Shown here: piece after piece, positions 52,400 through 61,959 of the stretch
Layout: every line of letters starts with the position of its first letter
How positions within the stretch are numbered: the stretch's first letter is position 1
IMG/VR virus record: IMGVR_UViG_3300045988_147927
Location: 138,995 to 202,994 of that record
Origin: a virus
DNA: 64,000 nt
Reading direction: 5' to 3' (one strand)
The notes under the pieces: generated by a model
The model's input: the letters and a program-made list of their open reading frames with translations, nothing else
Told to the model about the DNA's origin: nothing
The model's database searches: none
Made by a program: the position numbers and the translations under genes

Positions 52400-54664
52400 A
52401 TGAAAGCGTTAGTGTTACTTAGGGGTTGTCCAGGAAGTGGTAAATCGACTCTTGTTAATGATTTAGGTTTGGGACAGTATACATTGTGTCCAGATAAACT
52501 TAGATTGATGTATGGTTCTTCTGTAATGTTAGAAGATGGTACTTATGGTATTGACCAATCATGTAATAAGGAAGTGTTTGATACTTTTTATAAGATGTTG
52601 GAGTATCGTATGAGTAAAGGTGAGTTTACTGTTATAGATGCTACACACTGTTCCTCTGTAAAAACTGTAAAAAAACAAATTTCTGAATATAGAAAATTAG
52701 CTAAGAGATATAATTATAGAATTTATCAACATGATATGACTACAGATTTATTAAAGATATCTGAGCAGAATGAAATGCGTAATGGTACATATTCTTTTGT
52801 ACCACATTATATTGTTGATAAGATGTTACGTGTTATGGAAAGTATGGATACGTTACATCGAGAGATTAAAAAGATAGATTTAGAGGAATTTATCAATTCG
52901 TACAATACTGATACTATATGTAATGATACTCAATATGATAAAGTAAAAGTAATAGGTGATATACATTCTTGTAATAGTGTTCTTAAAGATGCTTTAGAAG
53001 ATTTTAACAATGATACATTATATGTGTTTGTTGGTGATTATTTCGATAGAGGTATTGAGCATTATGATACTCTAAAAACTATTCAAGAGCTGTCTGAGTA
53101 TAAGAATGTTGTATTATTAGAAGGTAATCATGAGTCGCATTGGATTCGATATGCACATGATGAAGTAGGAGAAGATTTAGGGTATAAGAGATTTGTCAAT
53201 ACAACATTAAAGGATTGGCTAACTCATTATGATAGTGAAAAGACATTAAAGAAAGAATTGCGTATATTATATCGAAAACTCAATTCAGTCTATTTTTTTA
53301 GCTGTGGTGATAGAAAGTATATGGTAACTCATGCAGGGTTGACTAATTTTATTGACAATGCCTTAACTGTATCATCTGAGCAGTGTATTAAAGGTGTTGG
53401 TGGGTATGATTTTGAGGTTTCACTAGAATATAAAAAGAATCATGATAATGATGGATATATTCAAGTTTTTGGACATAGAGGTGTAGTTTCTGCAAAAGAT
53501 TGTAGCTATTCCTTAGAGGGTAGAGTTGAGTTTGGTGGTTATTTAAGAGTTTTAGATGTCAATACTGAAGGTGCAGTTGTATTCAATTATGAAAATGTAG
53601 TGTATAACAAGAACTATATGGAAGATGAGTATAAATTCTTAAAAGAGGTTGGTAGAAGCTCTATTGAGACTGATTCATTGGAAGTTAATGTTATAGCTAA
53701 CTCTAAACTTGTTAGAGTTAAAGATTGTAAACCTGATATGATTAGTCTTAATTTCACAGAAAAGGCTTTTCATAAATGTTTGTGGGATGATGTTACTGTT
53801 AAAGCCAGAGGTTTATTTGTACATAATAAAACCGGAAAGGTAAAGGCTCGTTCTTATGATAAATTCTTCAATCTTGGGCAGATGATGGATAAGGATGAAG
53901 AATTAAATTCTTTTGAATACCCTATCAGAGTTTCAAAAAAAGAAAATGGTTTTCTAGGAATTGTTTCTTGGGATTTTGATAATGATTGCTTTATTATCGC
54001 TAGTAAAACATCTACTTCATCTGAACATGCTGGATATGTTAAAGAAAACTTTGAAATGGTTGATTATAATATTAGATATGCTTTACGAGATATTTTAATC
54101 AAGTACAAATGTTCCGCAGTTTTTGAAGTTATTCACCCTAAAGATGTGCATATTGTTGATTATAACAAAAAGCATAAAATGTTCTTATTAGATTTTGTAC
54201 CTAATAAGTTACATTTAGACAATGGAATTAATATTGATTATGAGTTTTCTGAAAAATGTAGAAAAGAGTTCAGTAAAATCTATGAAGAGAATCCTATGTA
54301 TGCTTTTGATGATGTGTTTAGTGTTGTTTGGTCTGCTACTATTAATGATAGGAAAATGCTAGATTCATATATTCAAAAAGCACATGATGCTGATTTTGAG
54401 GGGTATGTACTAACTGATGCTAGAGGATATATGACTAAGATAAAGTCAAATATGTACCTAGAGTGGAAATATTGTAGGACAATGTTGAGTCATTATATTA
54501 AGGGATGGGAAATTGATACCACTAAATTAAATGACTTTGAGAAGAGTTTCTATAATTTTCTACGCAGTCAGTTTATAGAGGATTTAACAGATAAAAACAT
54601 TATAGAAATTAGAGAAATGTACAATTCTTATATTAATAAATCAGTTGGTGATAGTAATGAATAA
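52400..54664 (+). CDS. Trifunctional RNA repair enzyme (Pnkp-like): 5'-kinase + metallophosphatase + RNA ligase-like nucleotidyltransferase
   Basis: Kinase: LLRGCPGSGKST and CPDKLR. Phosphatase: VIGDIHSC, FVGDYFDRG, LLEGNHE, VTHAG, FGHRG. Ligase: motif I SKKENGFLG, motif IV FEGYVLTD, motif V MTKIKS. Confidence 0.8.
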   Translation: MKALVLLRGCPGSGKSTLVNDLGLGQYTLCPDKLRLMYGSSVMLEDGTYGIDQSCNKEVFDTFYKMLEYRMSKGEFTVIDATHCSSVKTVKKQISEYRKLAKRYNYRIYQHDMTTDLLKISEQNEMRNGTYSFVPHYIVDKMLRVMESMDTLHREIKKIDLEEFINSYNTDTICNDTQYDKVKVIGDIHSCNSVLKDALEDFNNDTLYVFVGDYFDRGIEHYDTLKTIQELSEYKNVVLLEGNHESHWIRYAHDEVGEDLGYKRFVNTTLKDWLTHYDSEKTLKKELRILYRKLNSVYFFSCGDRKYMVTHAGLTNFIDNALTVSSEQCIKGVGGYDFEVSLEYKKNHDNDGYIQVFGHRGVVSAKDCSYSLEGRVEFGGYLRVLDVNTEGAVVFNYENVVYNKNYMEDEYKFLKEVGRSSIETDSLEVNVIANSKLVRVKDCKPDMISLNFTEKAFHKCLWDDVTVKARGLFVHNKTGKVKARSYDKFFNLGQMMDKDEELNSFEYPIRVSKKENGFLGIVSWDFDNDCFIIASKTSTSSEHAGYVKENFEMVDYNIRYALRDILIKYKCSAVFEVIHPKDVHIVDYNKKHKMFLLDFVPNKLHLDNGINIDYEFSEKCRKEFSKIYEENPMYAFDDVFSVVWSATINDRKMLDSYIQKAHDADFEGYVLTDARGYMTKIKSNMYLEWKYCRTMLSHYIKGWEIDTTKLNDFEKSFYNFLRSQFIEDLTDKNIIEIREMYNSYINKSVGDSNE

Positions 54665-55031
54665 GTATATGATTAATATGAGTGTGCCTTTGGATGAGAA
54701 TCATCAAAATGCAAATATTAAAGCTAATATCTTATCGGATAGTGAGATGAGAGAGATAGGGTTTACAGATTTTGCTAAAGATTCATGGTATTTTAATAGG
54801 AGAGTTGGTGGCAAGAATAGTTTTCTTAGTTTCAACATCACTATTTCTAAGCGTACTGGTAATATTCATATAGATGTTTTAGATGAGATGTTTCTACAAT
54901 CATATGATTTTCAGATGTATATTGGCAAAAATGAGATTGCTAATAAGGTATATGATGATGTTCAGTCTTATATGAAGTATTTTATGGATAAAGGTGTTAT
55001 TAGTGGGTATACTTTAGGTGATTATATTTAA
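54657..55031 (+). CDS. hypothetical protein
   Basis: ORF 54645..55031. ATG 54657 overlaps the upstream stop region. Confidence 0.55.
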   Translation: MNKYMINMSVPLDENHQNANIKANILSDSEMREIGFTDFAKDSWYFNRRVGGKNSFLSFNITISKRTGNIHIDVLDEMFLQSYDFQMYIGKNEIANKVYDDVQSYMKYFMDKGVISGYTLGDYI

Positions 55032-55043
55032 TGGAGTGTTCTT

Positions 55044-55475
55044 ATGTATAAAAATTTCTGTAAAATATATGACATATTGGAAGTATTATCTAGCTACTTA
55101 GATTATGCACATGATTGTATGAATGGGTTATTTAAGTTAGGTGATAATTCTATTAAGTATGATAAGTATACAGGTAAAACCACTATTGTTATTGAAGGTG
55201 AAACATACTTAATTACTGATACTTCATTATTACCATATGTAGTATATGATTACTATGTGGATAATTACGATAATATGTTTGATGATTCATTAGATTTTTA
55301 TCACACTTTCTTGTTTGTGTGTTGTATTTCATTTAAAGATATGGCTTCAAATCTTGATAGTATTGTTGGTTTTAGAAGTAATTTTGGTTATAAAACTGAT
55401 GAATCAGATATTAAATTTCTTAGAGAGTATTTTTTGCTTATTCATAGTAAATTGTGTGAGTTAGATAATTTATAG
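55044..55475 (+). CDS. hypothetical protein
   Basis: 143-aa ORF. RBS TGGAG. Confidence 0.6.
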   Translation: MYKNFCKIYDILEVLSSYLDYAHDCMNGLFKLGDNSIKYDKYTGKTTIVIEGETYLITDTSLLPYVVYDYYVDNYDNMFDDSLDFYHTFLFVCCISFKDMASNLDSIVGFRSNFGYKTDESDIKFLREYFLLIHSKLCELDNL

Positions 55476-55490
55476 GGTTTTTAGTGTTGT

Positions 55491-56021
55491 ATGGAAATAT
55501 ATTTTACAAGTGATTTACATTTAGGACATGAAAATATAATACGTTTTACTAATAGACCTTTTGGTAGTGTTGAAGAGATGAATGATAGAATTATACAAAA
55601 TTATAATTCTATCATTCATAAAAATGACTTGGTGTATATCTTAGGTGATTTAACGTATAAGATTAATGTTGAAGAGTCTAATAAATTAATATGGAAGTTA
55701 AAAGGTCTAAAGGTTCTAATTCGTGGCAATCATGACTTAAAGTATGATAGTAGTTTGTTTGAAGATATTCTTGATTATAAAGAGTTTAACTATAATAAAG
55801 TAAAGTATGTTCTTATGCATTATCCGTTAATGGAATGGAATGATAGTTATAAGAAAAAAAGTATCCATTTACATGGACATATTCATGCTGATAGTGAGTA
55901 TAATCATAAAAACTTAGAGAATGGTATTATGAGGTATGATGTAGGTGTAGATGCTAATAACTATTATCCTGTATCATTAGAGTATATTGAGAGTTATTTT
56001 AAGAATTTAATTCATAGATAG
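55491..56021 (+). CDS. Metallophosphoesterase (calcineurin-like)
   Basis: YFTSDLHLGHENI, YILGDL, IRGNHD, MHYP, HLHGHIH. Confidence 0.85.
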   Translation: MEIYFTSDLHLGHENIIRFTNRPFGSVEEMNDRIIQNYNSIIHKNDLVYILGDLTYKINVEESNKLIWKLKGLKVLIRGNHDLKYDSSLFEDILDYKEFNYNKVKYVLMHYPLMEWNDSYKKKSIHLHGHIHADSEYNHKNLENGIMRYDVGVDANNYYPVSLEYIESYFKNLIHR

Positions 56022-56038
56022 GTGGTGTCGTATTAGTA

Positions 56039-56464
56039 ATGAGTTTTGATGATATTAAATTTAATAGTGAATATTCACCAGATGACATACAAAAAATTAC
56101 TAAAGGTTTTGTAGATATGGTTAAGTATTTGAAACAGAATGAGAGTTACTTTAGTTCTGTTGTGAATGAGTGTGATAAGGCTTTAGGCGATTTATACCAT
56201 TATTGCGAGTTACACTATCCTACTGATAGAAGTGGTAAGACAAAGGTAGTACAGGGTATTAGAGATATATCCATCACAAGGAGAAAGGCTAAAGATATGT
56301 TAGAACTCACTGATTCTATCATTAAGTTAGATACTCCTATAATTAATGATGTGTATAAAATGTCAAATACTGTAACTAAGAGCTATATTAAGTTATTCTT
56401 AAAAGAAAGAGTATATGTTCCTCGTGTGCTAAATGAGTTATTTGAGGATGAGGCTGAGGAGTAG
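56039..56464 (+). CDS. hypothetical protein
   Basis: 141-aa ORF. Confidence 0.6.
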   Translation: MSFDDIKFNSEYSPDDIQKITKGFVDMVKYLKQNESYFSSVVNECDKALGDLYHYCELHYPTDRSGKTKVVQGIRDISITRRKAKDMLELTDSIIKLDTPIINDVYKMSNTVTKSYIKLFLKERVYVPRVLNELFEDEAEE

Positions 56465-56472
56465 TATGTGTA

Positions 56473-56652
56473 ATGGATAGTTCTAATTCTGATGAATTAA
56501 GACATAAGCTAGAAGAGTGTTTTAATAGATATAGCTTTGAGTATGTTTGGCTTTATATGAAAAATAAGGAAGATATCTGTAGTCTGTATCCTAAGTTAGT
56601 TAATGAGTTGTACGATATTATTAGTGAAGAGAAGAGTAAGATTGATGGGTAA
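56473..56652 (+). CDS. hypothetical protein (59 aa, below the ORF-track cutoff)
   Basis: MDSSNSDELRHKLEECFNRYSFEYVWLYMKNKEDICSLYPKLVNELYDIISEEKSKIDG. Starts 9 nt after the upstream stop. Confidence 0.45.
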   Translation: MDSSNSDELRHKLEECFNRYSFEYVWLYMKNKEDICSLYPKLVNELYDIISEEKSKIDG

Positions 56653-56849
56653 TTTTTAGGTGAGTTACTATTTACATATGTCGGAGTATGTGGTATATTG
56701 TATATGTAATTTGTGAGTTGTTATGTAATAATAAGCACTCTCACATATAAAGTTTTTATATTTTTCTCCCTTTGATAAATGAAATATAAAAAATAACATA
56801 ATTCTCACAAGTTACACTATGAATTTTTTTCATAGATTTCTCTCCTATA

Positions 56850-56877
56850 AAAGACCTACAATTTGTAGGTCTTTTTT
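56850..56877 (+). terminator. Rho-independent terminator
   Basis: aagacctaca / tgtaggtctt stem followed by TTTTT. Confidence 0.8.
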
Positions 56878-56899
56878 ATTATATTAATTGAGGTTGTAT

Positions 56900-58774
56900 A
56901 TGAGTGATTTTGTATTAGAAGATAGGTATAAATCATTTAATGGCATAACATTAGGTAAAGACCAAGTAGATTGTGTAGAGTTTATGCTATCTAGACAGGG
57001 GTGTATACTTGGAGCCCAGTGTGGTATTGGTAAAACATTAATTACATCTGTTGCTAATAAGGTTTTGCTTGATATGTATAATAACGTAGTTTCTATTATT
57101 GTCTGTCCTGTTAAGGCTTTAAAGGCTTTCAGAAGAGAGTTGTTTGATAAATTATTATTAAGTATTGATGTTGTTGGTATCATTTCTACTGAAAGTACAG
57201 AGTATAATTTAGATACTAATAGGATTATTGTGTGTACTGATACACAGTTGGATAAACTTGATAGGGTTACTGCTGAGTTAAAGTCAAGAAATGTACCTAT
57301 GATTCTTAATGTTGACGAGGCACATAAATTACAGGATAAGAAGAGTAAATATTATCAAGTTATGTCTAGTATTCGGTCAAGGTGTTCTGTTGTTTGGTTA
57401 ATGACAGCAACTCCTATACTCAACTCATTGGATTCCTTGTATAATATTGTTAATTTCTCCTCTCCTACATTTTTAGGTAAGAAGGTAGACTTTGATAATT
57501 ACTTTACTCTGTGGGAATTGAGAGACCAATATATTAAAAGAGGTGGCAAACCTCAAAAGATAAAAGTAAAAGAGGTTTATGGGTATAAGAATTTAGATAT
57601 TCTTAGAGATAAACTTAATGAGATAATGATTGTACGTGGTAAAGAGTATAATTTAAAATTTACTGCACTTCATTGTGATTTAAGTGATGATGATTATGAT
57701 ACGTATAAGAGGGTTTCAAGTGGTATATTGAATTTTAATGATGATGCTCGTAATTTTTCCCGTAGGATGCATGATTTACAAAGATTTGTTGATAGAGTCT
57801 ATAATGATGAGACTATGGAGGATTTGATTTCAAATTATTGTAAGTCAGAATATTCACCTAAAGAGGAGTTACTCTTAAAGTCTTTGGATGGTGCTTTTAG
57901 TAATGGGTATAGTGTGATTATTTATGCGGAATATAAAGAGACTATTGTTAGGTTAGAAGAAATATTAAAGAAAAATAAAAAAGACCTCAACTTAGGTAAA
58001 ATACATAAAGTTACAGGTGCTATTAATATTAAGGCACGTGAGGCTGTTGAGGAGAATATAGGTTCTAGGGATGTTGTGTTAATTACATCTGCTGGTACAG
58101 AGTCTGTAAATCTACAGAAATGTAATACAATTATTTTCTATGATATTTCTTTTTCAACTAAGAATATGATACAGGCAGTTGGTAGAGTGTGTAGAAGGGA
58201 TTCTAAGTTTGATATACAGTATGCTATATTACTTGTAACAAATCGTACTATAGATGAGTATAAATATCGCTTATTTAACAATAACCTTAATATGGTTAAG
58301 GGTGCTGTTGGTGCTGGTAAAGATATACCTCTATCTGAAGATATGTTATTAAGTGATGCAAAAGATTTACGCAAATTAAAAGATGAGTTACTGTGGGCAT
58401 ACAAGAATACTAAAAAGAGAGTAAGAAAATCTAAATCTTCTGATTATAAGGTTGTAGATAAACAGTTAATACCTGTTACATATGCAGAAGCATTAAATGA
58501 GATGTCAAGTTATAAGTTTTTAGTTGAGCCTAGTCATATGGATGGGTTCGATGATAATTCTTGTATAAAATTGTATTCCTACATTTCAGAAAATGAAATA
58601 CCTTTTGCTGTATTAAAAACTAAATATAATCAATACTTTAATACTGAAATGGGTAAAGCTATGTTACAAAGCATAAAAGATGGTGCTTTACATAAGGGTA
58701 GGTTACTGTTAGTTGCTAACCATATAGAATTAGCTAAGATGATTAAAAAAGAGGTATTAAAGTTGTGTAAGTGA
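56900..58774 (+). CDS. SNF2/DEAD-like superfamily 2 helicase
   Basis: GAQCGIGKTL (motif I), VDEAHKLQ (DEAH), LMTATPILNS (III), ITSAGTESVNLQ (V), QAVGRVCRRDS (VI). ATG 56900 follows TGAGG. Confidence 0.85.
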   Translation: MSDFVLEDRYKSFNGITLGKDQVDCVEFMLSRQGCILGAQCGIGKTLITSVANKVLLDMYNNVVSIIVCPVKALKAFRRELFDKLLLSIDVVGIISTESTEYNLDTNRIIVCTDTQLDKLDRVTAELKSRNVPMILNVDEAHKLQDKKSKYYQVMSSIRSRCSVVWLMTATPILNSLDSLYNIVNFSSPTFLGKKVDFDNYFTLWELRDQYIKRGGKPQKIKVKEVYGYKNLDILRDKLNEIMIVRGKEYNLKFTALHCDLSDDDYDTYKRVSSGILNFNDDARNFSRRMHDLQRFVDRVYNDETMEDLISNYCKSEYSPKEELLLKSLDGAFSNGYSVIIYAEYKETIVRLEEILKKNKKDLNLGKIHKVTGAINIKAREAVEENIGSRDVVLITSAGTESVNLQKCNTIIFYDISFSTKNMIQAVGRVCRRDSKFDIQYAILLVTNRTIDEYKYRLFNNNLNMVKGAVGAGKDIPLSEDMLLSDAKDLRKLKDELLWAYKNTKKRVRKSKSSDYKVVDKQLIPVTYAEALNEMSSYKFLVEPSHMDGFDDNSCIKLYSYISENEIPFAVLKTKYNQYFNTEMGKAMLQSIKDGALHKGRLLLVANHIELAKMIKKEVLKLCK

Positions 58775-58778
58775 ATAA

Positions 58779-58810
58779 ATGAGGTGTTAGTTTATCTATC
58801 ACCTCATTTT
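58779..58810 (+). terminator. Rho-independent terminator
   Basis: atgaggtg / cacctcat stem, 13-nt loop, TTTT. Confidence 0.7.
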
Positions 58811-58829
58811 CATTATATTTTAAAAATAT

Positions 58830-58861
58830 AACTTTACATAACATTACATATATGTTAGTAT
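58830..58861 (+). promoter_or_regulatory. Promoter of the AACTTTACA class
   Basis: aacTTTACA (58830-58838), 17-nt spacer, TAGTAT (58856-58861). Confidence 0.45.
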
Positions 58862-58889
58862 ATAGGTGTAAATAGAAAGGAAAGTAAGT

Positions 58890-59075
58890 ATGGATAATGA
58901 GTTTGTTTTAAAAGCATTGAGATGGTATTATCCATTATCTAAGTTTTTCATTTCAGAGAGTGGGGTGTTAATGGGGAAAGATTTTCTTTTCGATGGTATC
59001 TATAATGTATTTACAGTATCAGATACCATGAAAGAGGAAGCATTAGTTTATTATAAGGATTTTTTAAATGGTTGA
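58890..59075 (+). CDS. hypothetical protein
   Basis: 61-aa ORF. RBS AAGGAAAG. Confidence 0.5.
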   Translation: MDNEFVLKALRWYYPLSKFFISESGVLMGKDFLFDGIYNVFTVSDTMKEEALVYYKDFLNG

Positions 59076-59112
59076 TTATTTATTTAAAAGGTGAAATTAG
59101 AGGAGATTTATT

Positions 59113-59679
59113 ATGTGGGAAAAATTTAAACGTCTTGGTTACGGTGAAAATGGTGAAGTTAAGTCTTGGGTGTATTGTGTATTGACTTTGCTTTTTGTAA
59201 TGTGGTGTATTGGTGGTATATATCGTTTCATTGTTGGGACACCACCATCTGATAAGATTATGAATACTCAATACTCTGTTGTTTTAGGTGAAAATTTAAC
59301 TTTAAAGGATAGTCTATTATATGCTAGTTATGGCTTTACTCAAAATCCGACTGTTGCAAAAATGAAAGATTTTAAAAATATTGATATTGATTGGAAAAAA
59401 GTTGATAAAAAAGATGTTCCTGAGAGAGTTCTTAAACAATATGGTGATGTAGAAAAAGGTACTGACATTTATGAGGGTGATGTAGATGAATCCTTAGCTA
59501 AGGGTGTAGATTCCGTTAAACATTATGTATTTGTAACATTTACTGATGGTGAGGGTACTCATTTAGATAGTGCTTATACTTTTATTACCCTCAAGGATGG
59601 GAGTGAGAAAGTAAAGTCTTTAGAGGGTGCTGTTAATTTTACAACTGCATATTTAATTACTAGAGGTACTAAAAAATAA
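59113..59679 (+). CDS. Membrane-anchored protein (N-terminal TM helix)
   Basis: RBS GGAGGAG. WVYCVLTLLFVMWCIGGIYRFIV followed by a soluble domain. Confidence 0.6.
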   Translation: MWEKFKRLGYGENGEVKSWVYCVLTLLFVMWCIGGIYRFIVGTPPSDKIMNTQYSVVLGENLTLKDSLLYASYGFTQNPTVAKMKDFKNIDIDWKKVDKKDVPERVLKQYGDVEKGTDIYEGDVDESLAKGVDSVKHYVFVTFTDGEGTHLDSAYTFITLKDGSEKVKSLEGAVNFTTAYLITRGTKK

Positions 59680-60392
59680 TGGAGAAGTATATCAAAAAAC
59701 CTGTTGTAGTTGAGGCTTTTCAATATTTTTATAATAATGAGAAGTCTACAGAAGAGTTAAAAAATAATGTTGGTGTGGATAATTACTTTTTTGATTGTGA
59801 TGGGAAATTATTTTTAAGAACACTTGAAGGTGCTTTGAAGGTACGTGATGGTGATTATATTATCAAGGGTGTTAAGGGTGAGTTTTATTCTTGTAGAGAG
59901 GATATATTTAATCTAACTTATAATACTACAAAGATTGAGGCTGACACTCGGTATTGTGTTCATTTGTGTGAAAATTCTTTTTATTCCTTTGATACATTTA
60001 AAACTATTGAAGAGGCTAAGTCTTTTGGTAGAGATTTTTTCTCTAAAGTACCAGACCCTGATGAGTTAAGTGAGTGTAATTGTGTATTTAATGTAGATGA
60101 TTATGTTGATAGAGATTTAGAATATTTCTATGTTAGCAAGTGTAAACATTATATTCCTGATATATTTGTTGATGATTTTATTGAGACGTTACAAGAAATA
60201 ATCGATGAAGATTATACTGACTGTTGTTTAAAAGGTGAAGTTTTGAGTGTTAAAGATTTTAATGAGGCAAGAACTGTATTAGATTATGAGTTACGTAAAA
60301 TGGTTGCCGATTGGTTTGGTAGGTTTGTAAAAACTAATATTCCATATACAGTACATGGGGATGCTATTAAGGTTTCTAAAGTGAAAGATTAA
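59679..60392 (+). CDS. hypothetical protein
   Basis: 237-aa ORF. Start overlaps the upstream stop (TAATG). The N-terminal KKPVVVEAFQY...GDYIIKG.KGEFY motif is common in small phage beta-barrel domains. Confidence 0.6.
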   Translation: MEKYIKKPVVVEAFQYFYNNEKSTEELKNNVGVDNYFFDCDGKLFLRTLEGALKVRDGDYIIKGVKGEFYSCREDIFNLTYNTTKIEADTRYCVHLCENSFYSFDTFKTIEEAKSFGRDFFSKVPDPDELSECNCVFNVDDYVDRDLEYFYVSKCKHYIPDIFVDDFIETLQEIIDEDYTDCCLKGEVLSVKDFNEARTVLDYELRKMVADWFGRFVKTNIPYTVHGDAIKVSKVKD

Positions 60393-60405
60393 AGTGGTGA
60401 TAGAT

Positions 60406-60633
60406 ATGTTACAGTTAGAGTTCGATGCTATGGTAGAAGAGTGTAATTCTTTACAAGATAAAATTGATGTGTTGGCTAAGTTGTTAGATACTGATGAGGG
60501 TAAGACTCGAAAAGATTTTGAGTTGATGAGTTTACAGCTCACATATATGGTTGATTATCATAAAGTACTTGTAGAACGTATTAATATGTTTAAAATGATG
60601 GTGTGTTGGAATGAAACAGGGCTTAATTATTAA
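60406..60633 (+). CDS. hypothetical protein
   Basis: ORF 60394..60633. ATG 60406 follows GTGGTGA. Confidence 0.5.
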   Translation: MLQLEFDAMVEECNSLQDKIDVLAKLLDTDEGKTRKDFELMSLQLTYMVDYHKVLVERINMFKMMVCWNETGLNY

Positions 60634-60841
60634 GGTATTGTTGGTTTTTAATTTTATAGAGATACTCGTATTCTGTGGGTTATTTAATTTTCTAGATTCC
60701 ATAGAGTATATCTTTGGTATTATTAGAGGATATGGTTTTGTTGTACAGTATGCTTTGTATTTTGTAACATTTTGTATGATTTATTTACAAGGTGTGTTTT
60801 TGTATCGGTATATGAAATTACTAGAAGGTGATGGTAAATAG
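60611..60841 (+). CDS. Small multi-pass membrane protein (holin-like topology)
   Basis: 76 aa with 2-3 hydrophobic helices (LIIKVLLVFNFIEILVFCGLF; FVVQYALYFVTFCMIYLQGVFLY) and a charged C-terminus. Confidence 0.45.
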   Translation: MKQGLIIKVLLVFNFIEILVFCGLFNFLDSIEYIFGIIRGYGFVVQYALYFVTFCMIYLQGVFLYRYMKLLEGDGK

Positions 60842-61255
60842 ATGTTGAATACTAGAAATATCGTTGAGTATAAGAATCTAATTTCTTATGATACTATGAC
60901 TGGTTTGTTACGTTTTGACAGGGGAAAGCATTATTTTTCATTGAGTATTGTTAATCTTGTTTATATTTTTAATGGGTATTTGTATGTTAGTGTGAGGATT
61001 CCTAAAGGTGTGAGGGTATTTAAGTGTCGATTACCTAAAGATATATCCTATGAGGAGTTAATTATATTAGATGATGTGATATGTGATATCAATGATTATA
61101 TTAAAAATGATGATTCAAATGAGTATCGCATGAAATGTTGTGATATTTTTCAAGACTATAATCTTGGTGGTGAGAGATTTGATGCTGTAGATACTTTAAT
61201 GTTATTTGTATTAATAGCATTGGTGTTTTTATTGATTGGAATGGTAGTGTGGTGA
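60842..61255 (+). CDS. Tail-anchored membrane protein, family member A
   Basis: 137 aa. Extreme C-terminal TM helix LMLFVLIALVFLLIGMVVW. Confidence 0.6.
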   Translation: MLNTRNIVEYKNLISYDTMTGLLRFDRGKHYFSLSIVNLVYIFNGYLYVSVRIPKGVRVFKCRLPKDISYEELIILDDVICDINDYIKNDDSNEYRMKCCDIFQDYNLGGERFDAVDTLMLFVLIALVFLLIGMVVW

Positions 61256-61259
61256 TTGT

Positions 61260-61640
61260 ATGAATCGTGATTATTATATTGCAGGAGAGTATGCTGTCTT
61301 TGGGGGTATTCATGCATTTCCAGTCCAGTTAGTGCGAAGTATACACATAATCGGTGATATTATGCGTGTAGGGGTACAAAGAGGTTGTAATACTGAGATA
61401 GAATTACATGACTATTATATTGATGTTAGTAAAGAGACATTAATTAAGATTGGTGAATTTGTAGAGGCTATTAAAAAGGAGAAAGAGGGGTATAATGCTC
61501 ATATAGAATACAATAGTTCTAATGGTATGACATTATTCCCTAGAATCACACGATATGAGTTAGAGTTATGCTCCTTTTTGTTGATATTTGTCAATATTCT
61601 ATTGATAGCATTTTTATTCTATTTTATTTCAGTACATTGA
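61260..61640 (+). CDS. Tail-anchored membrane protein, family member B
   Basis: 126 aa. DYYIAGEYAVFGG...VRSIHIIGD N-terminal domain. C-terminal TM helix LCSFLLIFVNILLIAFLFYFISV. Confidence 0.6.
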   Translation: MNRDYYIAGEYAVFGGIHAFPVQLVRSIHIIGDIMRVGVQRGCNTEIELHDYYIDVSKETLIKIGEFVEAIKKEKEGYNAHIEYNSSNGMTLFPRITRYELELCSFLLIFVNILLIAFLFYFISVH

Positions 61641-61870
61641 TGGTGATATATATGGGTTTTAATGAATTAAAGAGTGAGTATTATATTCATAATGGGTATT
61701 TAATGATTGGTAACAATACTGTATATAAGGTTGATGATATACGTGAAATATATTTTAAAGGGAGTTTTTTATTTATTGTTTTTAAAAGTGGTTTTATTAG
61801 AGACTATTGGTTTAATACTGTAGACCCAGATACTATTGATTTCTTTCAAGAGTTAAATAGGGAGATATAG
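61640..61870 (+). CDS. Family member C soluble domain, ending at an in-frame TAG; the TM tail continues in frame to 61963
   Basis: EYYIHNGYLMIGNN...IREIYFKGS is paralogous to member B. After TAG 61868-61870 the same frame encodes SGRSKFSLDVVVFVVLVVITLGLALWWLTL, then a TGA that overlaps the next ATG. Confidence 0.5.
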   Translation: MVIYMGFNELKSEYYIHNGYLMIGNNTVYKVDDIREIYFKGSFLFIVFKSGFIRDYWFNTVDPDTIDFFQELNREI

Positions 61871-61959
61871 TCTGGTAGAAGTAAATTTAGCTTAGATGTT
61901 GTGGTGTTCGTTGTATTAGTTGTTATTACTTTAGGGTTAGCATTATGGTGGTTGACATT

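Noticed and set aside
56756-56833. Minus-strand 25-aa ORF (MKKIHSVTCENYVIFYISFIKGRKI) with a GGAGAG RBS 6 nt upstream, in the 56653-56899 intergenic region. It could be a type I toxin-like peptide and would be the only minus-strand gene.
   Set aside because: I could not find a convincing minus-strand promoter. The + strand terminator hairpin sits immediately upstream of it. The peptide is only moderately hydrophobic. In AT-rich DNA such short ORFs arise by chance. It is kept as a note only.
61868-61870. Genome-wide stop-codon reassignment (TAG or TAA read as sense), suggested by the in-frame TAG here and the TAA at 3663.
   Set aside because: TAG and TAA terminate many well-delimited genes here (e.g. 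at 11076, 16534, 23866, 34057, 40475, 47310), each followed immediately by an RBS and the next start. No other gene is fragmented. The two cases are therefore local events.
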